NCBI GenBank assembly: GCA_964441775.1
Contig: CAYTVL010000005.1
Coordinates: forward strand, 160,395 to 224,394
DNA: 64,000 bases
Source: an uncultured Enterobacteriaceae bacterium
GTDB taxonomy: Bacteria; Desulfobacterota; Binatia; Bin18
Reading direction: 5' to 3'
Shown here: positions 37,056 through 44,938 of the stretch, piece after piece
Layout: each line of letters begins with the position of its first letter
Numbering within the stretch: position 1 is the first letter of the stretch
Position numbers and translations under genes: made by a program
Notes under the pieces: generated by a model
Database searches by the model: none
The model's input: the letters and a program-made list of their open reading frames with translations, nothing else
Told to the model about the DNA's origin: nothing

Positions 37056-39026
37056 TCATCGAGGCAGTCCTAGATCCCGACTGCGGGATGCTTCAACATA
37101 CGCTGTAGCATCCTCGGGCAATAACAAACGCTCGGCAACCAAGCGGTTCGCCGCCGCCTCAACTGCTGAGACATACTGACCGTGCGTTCCATAGCGTTCT
37201 TCCAGTGATGGGCGCGGATCTCCCGTCTTCAGCCGCTGCTCCTTGGTGACGGCAAAAGGAATGAAAGACCCCATCGCCGAGCATTCGTCTTTAGGTGCGG
37301 TCGCCAGCAGGTTCCAGCCTGTGTAGGTTCCGATAGGGACCGCGAGGTCTGGCAATTGAACGCCTGACAGATCGATTCCATCCGCCGTGACCTTTGGTAC
37401 GAGCGTTTGGTAAACGCGACCGGTAGGGACTGGAGGCCAGCGGCTAATAATGCCACGCTCGAATTCTGATCCGTAATCGTACAGCTCGCGGACACTCGCC
37501 ACGCCGGTGTAGGCAACCCCTGGAATTTCTGGAAACCCTACTGCAGATTGTGGCAGCGGCGGCACGAGCGCGCCATCTTGCAAGCGCGGGACTCGACTCG
37601 CTGGCGGCTCTTTGCCTGACACGACCCACTCTGTCAACGTCGTCAACAAGGCGCGCAGGGCCGGACCCGGACTAATCGGGTTCTGCAATTGTTGACAAAG
37701 ACCGCGTCCTGACGCCACGCCGTGGGCAATGCTCGACAGCAGATAAAAACGCACTTGTGGCGGATCAGGCAAGTCCTTGGTTCCGTCAGGCGTCGTGATC
37801 GCCAAAGAAGCGCTCTTAAACCAGTAGCTGTTGGAGTCGTTGACCTCCATAATCTTCGGGGTTATTCCCGAGGCTTCGCAGCGCGCTAGCACACTGTCGG
37901 TTTTCCCCGTCAGCGGGTCCGTTAGAGCGGTATAGGCAAAGGGAAAGATTTGTTCGGGGTAGACATGACTCCAGCGTTGAAACGCGGTCTGGTTGGGCTG
38001 GGCAAAGCGATAGTTGAAGAAACCACCACCAGCCCCATTGATGTAGGGCATCATGCCGTCGAACACGCGACGCTTGTGCTCGTCTTGATTAAAGCCGAGG
38101 TGCAAAAACGGACGATGAAACCGCCCTGATTGTGACAACCCAGTGGCGATCGCCCACTGCAGCTTGCCAGCGAGTGGATTAGGGCCACCCTGCTCGTCAG
38201 CGTCGGCATGGCGCAGAAACGACACCACATCCCGCACGGCGGCAAAGCCAATTCCTGTGACTTTCGGCTCAGTAGCGGGATACACGAACTGGTAGATTTT
38301 CCCGCGCTCGAATGGGGTCTTCTCCGCCGGGAGGAGCCCAATCGTTGACGCGTCGAGATAGCGCCACTGAGCAGCAGGAATAACGGTTGGCGGGTCACTG
38401 CGGTACTGACGCACCGTCAGCGTGGCCTTGCTTTGCTCCAGCGTGGCTGCTGGATAAGTCAGTGGCCACGTCAACACTGGGGCTCCAGGAGCCACATGCC
38501 GTGCATTTTCGGCCATGATCTCTTCCAGCGACGGACCGACAATCGGTTTACCGTTCTCGGACGCGATCGGCACGGTGAGAGTCATGCGGTCATTGCCTGC
38601 CGGCGCCGTAGCGTCCCATCCCGTCCAAACAATCGTGTAGCCCCGCCGCATCAGGAACCCATCACCGGCATCTTCTGTGCTGGTTGGATTGTTGATCGGA
38701 GGAAATTCCGGCGGCGCCCGGAACGGAAAGTTGAGCGGCAGGTACGTCATCTTGTTGCCGCGATTGGTCACGTCAAACAGCAAGACCTGGTTCCCGCGCG
38801 CAGGGTCCACAGGCTTTAAGATGTAGATATCTACCTCGTACTCAGCCTTGCCGCGCGCGTTGCGTGGGGCCAGCGCCAGGTCGACAATCACGGAGTTCAG
38901 CGGATCCGTGGAGTCCAGCTCGCCAAATGCGCGCCCCACCAGTTTTTCGTACCGCCCCACCTCCCCAAATGAAACGCCGCCAAAGGTTGGCGACTGGATG
39001 CTATCGATAACAATTTTTGTGATCAT
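37056..39026 (-). CDS. large conserved hypothetical protein (~655-690 aa), possibly alpha/beta-hydrolase-like
   Basis: No motif recognised with confidence. The ATG at 39026 has a strong SD (GAGGGGAAGCC). An alternative GTG at 39137 overlaps the upstream stop (GTGA) and would add a hydrophobic N-terminal anchor. Confidence 0.45.
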   Translation of the reverse strand: MITKIVIDSIQSPTFGGVSFGEVGRYEKLVGRAFGELDSTDPLNSVIVDLALAPRNARGKAEYEVDIYILKPVDPARGNQVLLFDVTNRGNKMTYLPLNFPFRAPPEFPPINNPTSTEDAGDGFLMRRGYTIVWTGWDATAPAGNDRMTLTVPIASENGKPIVGPSLEEIMAENARHVAPGAPVLTWPLTYPAATLEQSKATLTVRQYRSDPPTVIPAAQWRYLDASTIGLLPAEKTPFERGKIYQFVYPATEPKVTGIGFAAVRDVVSFLRHADADEQGGPNPLAGKLQWAIATGLSQSGRFHRPFLHLGFNQDEHKRRVFDGMMPYINGAGGGFFNYRFAQPNQTAFQRWSHVYPEQIFPFAYTALTDPLTGKTDSVLARCEASGITPKIMEVNDSNSYWFKSASLAITTPDGTKDLPDPPQVRFYLLSSIAHGVASGRGLCQQLQNPISPGPALRALLTTLTEWVVSGKEPPASRVPRLQDGALVPPLPQSAVGFPEIPGVAYTGVASVRELYDYGSEFERGIISRWPPVPTGRVYQTLVPKVTADGIDLSGVQLPDLAVPIGTYTGWNLLATAPKDECSAMGSFIPFAVTKEQRLKTGDPRPSLEERYGTHGQYVSAVEAAANRLVAERLLLPEDATAYVEASRSRDLGLPR

Positions 39027-39133
39027 GGCTTCCCCTCGATCCTCCAGTAGTATGAAGACTACACTACCAACAAGAATAATCGCCGTCGCTCGAGAACAGT
39101 GAAGCGAACGAAGCACCCACTTTTTTACGCCGC

Positions 39134-40021
39134 TCACATGACCACCTGCTGGCCGCGTTCGACGATCACAGCCGAGCGCTTGACCACTTCCAGCGCTTTG
39201 CCCTCAGCGTCCTCCTGGCGGGTCTGTTGCGAATACACCACGATCCGGTGAGCGCCTGCATCTCGATAGCGTTTGAGGTCATCGACGGAGGGACCACCGT
39301 CGCGCGGGTCGAGGATCGCGGTGACGTGGATCGAGTCCAAATTCCTGCCCGCTTCGGTCGCCAGCTTTCTGAGCATCGCCATGTCTTGTTGAAAGCCGGC
39401 CAGATTCTGCACAAACGGATACCAGCCGTCGTACGTCCGCACGACGCGCTCCAGCGCCTTCGGCCCCAGCGCGCCAAGGAGCACCGGCGGACCGGACTGC
39501 TGCACCGGCTTGGGCTCACAACGCACCGGCGGAAAGCGCACCAGGTCCCCAGAGTAGCTTGCCTCTCGTTGGGTCCACAGCATGCGCATGGCTTCCACGC
39601 TTTCCCGCAAGCGTTTCCAGCGCACGCCAAACCGCGTGCCCATCAGCTCAGTTTCTTCTTTTAGCCATCCCGCGCCGACGCCGAGAATGACACGTCCTCT
39701 CGAAAACAGGTCCAGGCTCGCCACGACCTTCGCCGTCATCAGCGGGTCGCGTTCCGGCAAGAGACAAATGCCGGTCCCCAGCTTGATTGTTTTTGTCGCC
39801 GTCGCCGCAACGGTTAAAGCGATAAAGGGATCAGCCCACTGCATATAATGTTCCGGCATCTGTCCATCACGCGAAGCAGGAAAAGGCGTGTTCCGCTGAA
39901 CAGGAACAGCGGGATGCTCTGGAATCCATAAGGAGTCGTACCCCAGAGCTTCCACCTGCCGCGCGATCTCAGCGAGATTCCCACTTCGCGCCGTCACCGT
40001 AGTCGAAATACCGATGTTCAT
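39134..40021 (-). CDS. LLM-class (luciferase-like) flavin/F420-dependent oxidoreductase
   Basis: TIM-barrel LLM pattern (GYDSLWIPEH...LGTGICLLPERDP...ILGVGAGW). It resembles F420-dependent LLM subfamilies, but cofactor assignment is not possible by eye. Confidence 0.65.
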   Translation of the reverse strand: MNIGISTTVTARSGNLAEIARQVEALGYDSLWIPEHPAVPVQRNTPFPASRDGQMPEHYMQWADPFIALTVAATATKTIKLGTGICLLPERDPLMTAKVVASLDLFSRGRVILGVGAGWLKEETELMGTRFGVRWKRLRESVEAMRMLWTQREASYSGDLVRFPPVRCEPKPVQQSGPPVLLGALGPKALERVVRTYDGWYPFVQNLAGFQQDMAMLRKLATEAGRNLDSIHVTAILDPRDGGPSVDDLKRYRDAGAHRIVVYSQQTRQEDAEGKALEVVKRSAVIVERGQQVVM

Positions 40022-40199
40022 AGCGCCCCTCCTTTTCTCCCAAATGTGTATGGCCCGCACCACCGGTACTCTACGCTACTCCCAGGATCGTCGTGTCGGC
40101 AAGAGCCGTCGCTTTTCTTCTATCGTTCGGTTCTCGACGGTGCTACAACGAACGCGGGGGAATTGAACACGAGGTAATCCAAAAGCAAAAGGAGGCGTT

Positions 40200-41066
40200 A
40201 TGAGTACGGTTGGCCAAGGCCAATATGAATATGAAGTCGTGGAGCGCTGGGGCGCGTTGCCCACAGGGTGGACCTTTGGCGCGGTCAGCGCCATTGCCGT
40301 GGATTCGCAAGATCGGGTGTACGCCTTTCAGCGCAAGGACCCGCCCGTGCTTGTCTTTGATCGGGAAGGAAACTTTCTCCACTCATGGGGCAGCAGCGCG
40401 ATTAAAGATCCGCACGGCATCTACATCGGTCCCGACGATATCGTCTACCTCACAGATCGTGACGATCATGTGGCGCTAAAGTTCACTCTTGATGGTAGGC
40501 CGCTCTCGATCCTTGGCGAACGCGGGAAGCACTCCGACACGGGCTGCGAAGAAGATGGAGCCCTGGTCCCACGGGCGGCGGGTCCGTTCAATAAACCGAC
40601 GGAGATGGTCGTGGCTCCCTCCGGCGACCTGTATGTGACGGATGGCTATCGCAACAGCCGCGTTCATCGGTTTTCCTCTGACGGCAAGCTGATCGAGTCC
40701 TGGGGCGCGCCGGGGAAGTCGGCGCCTGGAGAGTTTCATCTTCCGCATAGCCTGTGGATCGACCGCCAGGGCACGCTCTATGTCTGTGACCGTGAAAATA
40801 ATCGCATTCAGGTGTTCTCCGCCAGCGGCCAGTACCTCGCGCAATGGACGGATATCCATCGTCCAACCGATATTTATATGGATGCTGGCAACATCGTCTA
40901 CGTGAGTGACCTGAAACCGACGGTGACCGTTATGAATATCCAAGGACAGGTGATCGCCCGCTGGGATTCGCCTATGGGGCACGGGCTCTGGGTCGATTCG
41001 CGGGGCGATATTTACTTGGCGGATGTGCTGAAGAAGGGCGTCACGAAGTATATACGGAAGCGGTAA
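40200..41066 (+). CDS. NHL-repeat (six-bladed beta-propeller) protein
   Basis: Repeated ...P.G.A.D..G.(L/I)YV.D..N.R(I/V)..F... blades (YVTDGYRNSRVHRF; YVCDRENNRIQVF; YLADV). Confidence 0.6.
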   Translation: MSTVGQGQYEYEVVERWGALPTGWTFGAVSAIAVDSQDRVYAFQRKDPPVLVFDREGNFLHSWGSSAIKDPHGIYIGPDDIVYLTDRDDHVALKFTLDGRPLSILGERGKHSDTGCEEDGALVPRAAGPFNKPTEMVVAPSGDLYVTDGYRNSRVHRFSSDGKLIESWGAPGKSAPGEFHLPHSLWIDRQGTLYVCDRENNRIQVFSASGQYLAQWTDIHRPTDIYMDAGNIVYVSDLKPTVTVMNIQGQVIARWDSPMGHGLWVDSRGDIYLADVLKKGVTKYIRKR

Positions 41067-41086
41067 CTGGATTTGTCTCATAGACT

Positions 41087-41153
41087 CCCCTCACCCTATC
41101 CCTCTCCTCTCATGGGAGAGGGCAACACGAGTGAAGCGAGTGTGGGTGAGGGG
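41087..41153. repeat. REP-like nested palindromic element, copy 2 (outer arms CCCCTCACCC/GGGTGAGGGG enclosing inner hairpin CCCTCTCC-tctcatg-GGAGAGGG)
   Basis: Direct reading. Located in the convergent intergenic region between the NHL protein and D-aminoacylase genes. The inner hairpin arms are identical to copy 1 at 20696-20720. Confidence 0.55.
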
Positions 41154-41186
41154 AATGATATGAAGGAAACTCGGAGGAAACCCGCT

Positions 41187-42863
41187 TTACCGCACGCTCG
41201 ACCGCAGCACCTGGCCCGGGAGCGCCCCGGTATGCTTCTGCTCTTCGTACAGCACGGCGCCGTTGACGATCGTGCATTGCACCCCTTGCGCCGGCATGAC
41301 CAAGCGACGGCCACCGCCAGGAAGATCGTACCGCATCTCCGGGCGTTTCGCCGACCCAACCGTGTTGTAGTCAAACAGTACGATGTCCGCCGCGAGCCCC
41401 TGCTGCAACCGGCCACGATTCCTGAGTCCAAAGAAATCCGCAGGCTCAGAGGTCAACCGTTTAACCGCATACTCCAGCGCCATCGCCTCTTTCTCGCGCA
41501 CCCATCTCCCCAAGAGATATGTAGAATAGCCGGCATCACACAGCATATCCACATGCGCCCCACCATCCGATAGGCCGATCATCGTCCGTGGATCAGTAAT
41601 CAGCTCCTGGACTCCCTTCTCATTCGAGTTAAAGAGCGGGACAATGAATTGCGTCTTGAGATCATCTTCGAGCGCGATATCCAGAAACGCGTCTAGCCCA
41701 TCTTGACCGCGCTCTTGGGCAATCTCGGCCACCGTTTTCTTTTCCAAATGTTTCAGCGCGGGAGCGCTGACCTCATGCACTTCGATCGTGTCCCAGCGAC
41801 CGGAGAAGACGAGCCGCGGGCGCGCGAGGTCCGCCCGAAACGCGGCGCGAAATTCCGCGCTGCGATAGAGGTTCTTCTGCACTTCCACCGGCTGGTTGAA
41901 CGCCGGTTTCCACGAGCGCATCGCAGCAAAAATGAAGGGAACGCGGAGATCTATCTGCCCCACCAACGGACGGCAACTGGACTGTGGGATACCCTTCCGC
42001 TTGATCAAGGGCTCAGCCGCTCGCAGCGTGTTCATGGCGGCTTCGGGGTCGTCATCACGGCTGAGGACGGCGAGCCAGGTCACGGGCGCGTTACTCTCTG
42101 TGAGTAAGAAATCCAAGAGTTCGTACTTGTTCTGCTGCACGGGATCACCCAACGCCACCTCAATCACCCCACGGTTGAGTTCTTTCAAGACGTTGGCGTA
42201 GGCTTTCAGTTCATCACGACTGGCCAAGCGACAGGCGAGGGGACGCCCCTTGTATCCGACATGTTGCGCCACGGTCGTCGTGGTAAATCCCATCGCTCCC
42301 GCCGCGACTGCTTCGCGCAGGAGGGCCTGAATACGTCGTGTTTCCTCCGCCGTGGCCTCGCGCTCCATCGACTCTTCCCCCATGACATAGTGCCGGAATG
42401 GCGTCAGCGGGGCGAGAAACCCTAAGTTGATGCCCGTGCCGCGTTTTTCCGCTGCATCCATATATTGCGGAAAACTTTCCCAGTCCCACGTCACGCCTTT
42501 GCCGAGCACGTCGAAGGGAATCGATTCAACATTGACTAAATCCCACGCGGCGATTTCCTGGACCTTAGGCTTGCATGGCGCGAGTCCCACGCCACAGTTG
42601 CCCATAATGACGCTGGTCACACCATGCCACGATGAGCAGGAGATCAGCGGGTCCCAACAGATCTGTGCATCATAATGTGTGTGCGGATCCACAAAGCCTG
42701 GCGCGACGATTAAATCCGAAGCGTCAATAATCTTTTTCGCGCCGTCGGTAATCTTGCCGATGGCGGCAATCTTTCCCTCAGTCACAGCAACGTCTGCGCG
42801 ATACCGCGCTCCACCAGTCCCATCGACAATTGTGCCGTTTCTAATGACGATGTCGTATGACAT
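41187..42863 (-). CDS. N-acyl-D-amino-acid deacylase (D-aminoacylase) family amidohydrolase
   Basis: MSYDIVIRNGTIVDGTG...GFVDPHTHYD metal-binding HxH start of the amidohydrolase fold, with D-aminoacylase-like length and insertion domain. Confidence 0.8.
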   Translation of the reverse strand: MSYDIVIRNGTIVDGTGGARYRADVAVTEGKIAAIGKITDGAKKIIDASDLIVAPGFVDPHTHYDAQICWDPLISCSSWHGVTSVIMGNCGVGLAPCKPKVQEIAAWDLVNVESIPFDVLGKGVTWDWESFPQYMDAAEKRGTGINLGFLAPLTPFRHYVMGEESMEREATAEETRRIQALLREAVAAGAMGFTTTTVAQHVGYKGRPLACRLASRDELKAYANVLKELNRGVIEVALGDPVQQNKYELLDFLLTESNAPVTWLAVLSRDDDPEAAMNTLRAAEPLIKRKGIPQSSCRPLVGQIDLRVPFIFAAMRSWKPAFNQPVEVQKNLYRSAEFRAAFRADLARPRLVFSGRWDTIEVHEVSAPALKHLEKKTVAEIAQERGQDGLDAFLDIALEDDLKTQFIVPLFNSNEKGVQELITDPRTMIGLSDGGAHVDMLCDAGYSTYLLGRWVREKEAMALEYAVKRLTSEPADFFGLRNRGRLQQGLAADIVLFDYNTVGSAKRPEMRYDLPGGGRRLVMPAQGVQCTIVNGAVLYEEQKHTGALPGQVLRSSVR

Positions 42864-42923
42864 AGTATCCTCCTTTGATCCTTCCGTCGTAGATCGTAGT
42901 ATCTTCCCTCTCCTACCCACCTG

Positions 42924-44912
42924 TCAAGGAAGAGCGGCATGGGTTGCGAAAGTATAGCCCAACTTCTCGAAGTCGACGCTTGGATGATCCAGGCCGGACG
43001 CTTGGCCCGAATAGTAGAGCACCCAGGGCAGACCAGGGAAGGTAAACGCCTCAGCGCGGCGCAAGCGCTCTCGATAATTCGCATGCAGCCCCCGGTGCGC
43101 CTCCGGATCTACGAAGCGATAAAAGAAGGTTTGCCACCAGTCGGCTGGCGTCGAAATGGAAAACCCGCGATAGAGGGGGAAGCTCTGGTAGGCTTCCGCC
43201 ATCATCACTCGGCGTGATTCAATGAGTTGTTGTTGGTCGTGCACAGCCTGCGCGAAAAAAGGCGTGAGTGTTTCCAGTGGCGGGTGGACCTGGGCGACAG
43301 AAGTCGCCACTTCCTCCCGAGCGATGCGCGTAGACAGTAAAGCGGCCCACTGTTTTGCGTCGGTCTCCGTCAGCGGCGCCCCACTGGTAAGCCCAGCCTG
43401 CTGAAGCCCTCGCCAGGACAACGGATCGGTTTCTTCAATCACGCAACACACCAACTCCAAGAACACGATATCCCGGTCATAGGCGTCGAGAAATTCCTTG
43501 CGGACCGAGGCGATACTTTGAAATGGCAAGCCAGTATAGAACGTGAGCGGCAAGTGATCGTTAGGAGTCGTGTAGAATTTTGTCCCAGGCCGAAACTTCG
43601 TCTGCTGTAAATACGCCACCAGCGGACGAAAATCATTCACCACGGTCCCACTTTGCACCGTTCCGCCCACATGTCCCACTCGGTTCGCCCCAAAGAGAAA
43701 CAGCAACAACAACACTGGGGCGACCATGCTTTGCTGAGAGAAACCGCAGAGGCGCGTCACACTCGCCATCAGGAGAGCGGCAAGCAACACGCAAGGAGGA
43801 AGTAGTTGCAGGGAGAGGCGCGTAAAAAAGAAACTCGCCGCGGGAACGAAAAGCAAGAAGACGAGCGCGGCCAGAAAAATCCACGCGCAGAGAAATACTA
43901 CGGCGCGTTGGTAGAGCAAAAAATCTATTCGAAGAGATTCGGGTAACTGTTGACGCCAGACCCTGAGCCCCACTCCCCACAAAAGGCCCGCTCCATACAA
44001 AGCGACAAAGGCCTTGTGGTCGACAAGATAAAGGATGAGATCATCGGGCAAGGAGAGAAAAGGCCACGCGCGCGGAATAAACGTGCTCTGCTCAAGAAAG
44101 CCTGTCCACAGCACCCAGGGCGCGACACCAAGGCCCACAAGGAGACCAAACACTGCACTCTTGACGAGGCCCTGCCGATGGCGCAGCAGAAAGGGAAGCA
44201 GGAGACTCCATAACACGCTCAACGTCACGAACGACAAGAGCTGAGTATGAAATAACAAGACAAAGGCGAATCCTCCACAGATAAAATCCCGCCAGCGCCC
44301 ACGTCGTAGCATACCCCAGGCCAAGAAACCACAGACACTGCTCAACGCCAGAGTGGCCGAGTAGTAACGCGCTTGCCGCCCCATCCAGACTAAAGAATCG
44401 AGAAACGCCCCAGCCGCCAGCGCGGTCCACGCCGCGTCCTTTCCGAAGAAAACACGACCGCACGCAAACAGCATCAACATAGTGACCACAGAGAAAACAA
44501 GGGAAGGAAGACGCGCCACCATCGTGCGCCGGGCGCCCTCCGCTAAATCGTGCTTCACTCGCGCTTGGTCCTGGGGGTCATCAGGCTCCACTCCCCACAG
44601 CGCAAAGGAAGCCGCAATCGAATACAGCGGCAACCAGCCGTGGTACACCGCTATCCCACGATCCGAGTAGCTGAGATCTTTAAACGCATACTCACGGCTT
44701 TCCGGCCACGGGCGCAGCAGGGTATTTTCGTACAAAGGAAGGCCAAGGTACTGATCGGTCGGGTATCCATGCTGAAGAATCGTCAGCGCGTTAATACTCG
44801 ACTCCGCCTCATCCTCCCACAGGAGCGGAGACCTCAAGTTCCAGGCTCTGAAAAAGAGACCACCGGCGAGGATCAACAACAGTAAGAGCCGTTCGCCACG
44901 AGGGGAGAGCAT
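42924..44912 (-). CDS. PMT_2/ArnT-like polytopic glycosyltransferase (GT39/GT83-like, polyprenol-phosphate-sugar dependent)
   Basis: ~12 TM helices with a periplasmic-loop DE motif (LLWEDEAESS) in the first loop and a large C-terminal soluble domain. The start is uncertain (44912 vs 44987). Confidence 0.6.
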   Translation of the reverse strand: MLSPRGERLLLLLILAGGLFFRAWNLRSPLLWEDEAESSINALTILQHGYPTDQYLGLPLYENTLLRPWPESREYAFKDLSYSDRGIAVYHGWLPLYSIAASFALWGVEPDDPQDQARVKHDLAEGARRTMVARLPSLVFSVVTMLMLFACGRVFFGKDAAWTALAAGAFLDSLVWMGRQARYYSATLALSSVCGFLAWGMLRRGRWRDFICGGFAFVLLFHTQLLSFVTLSVLWSLLLPFLLRHRQGLVKSAVFGLLVGLGVAPWVLWTGFLEQSTFIPRAWPFLSLPDDLILYLVDHKAFVALYGAGLLWGVGLRVWRQQLPESLRIDFLLYQRAVVFLCAWIFLAALVFLLFVPAASFFFTRLSLQLLPPCVLLAALLMASVTRLCGFSQQSMVAPVLLLLFLFGANRVGHVGGTVQSGTVVNDFRPLVAYLQQTKFRPGTKFYTTPNDHLPLTFYTGLPFQSIASVRKEFLDAYDRDIVFLELVCCVIEETDPLSWRGLQQAGLTSGAPLTETDAKQWAALLSTRIAREEVATSVAQVHPPLETLTPFFAQAVHDQQQLIESRRVMMAEAYQSFPLYRGFSISTPADWWQTFFYRFVDPEAHRGLHANYRERLRRAEAFTFPGLPWVLYYSGQASGLDHPSVDFEKLGYTFATHAALP

Positions 44913-44938
44913 ATCGCGATCGCTTGTTCGTCTTTTCG

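Noticed and set aside
41073-41573. 166-aa + strand ORF (MSHRLPSPYPSPLMGEGN...)
   Set aside because: Its start is a translation of the REP-like palindrome and the rest runs antisense to the D-aminoacylase gene. Pro/Arg/Ala-rich low complexity of this kind is typical of GC-rich spurious frames.
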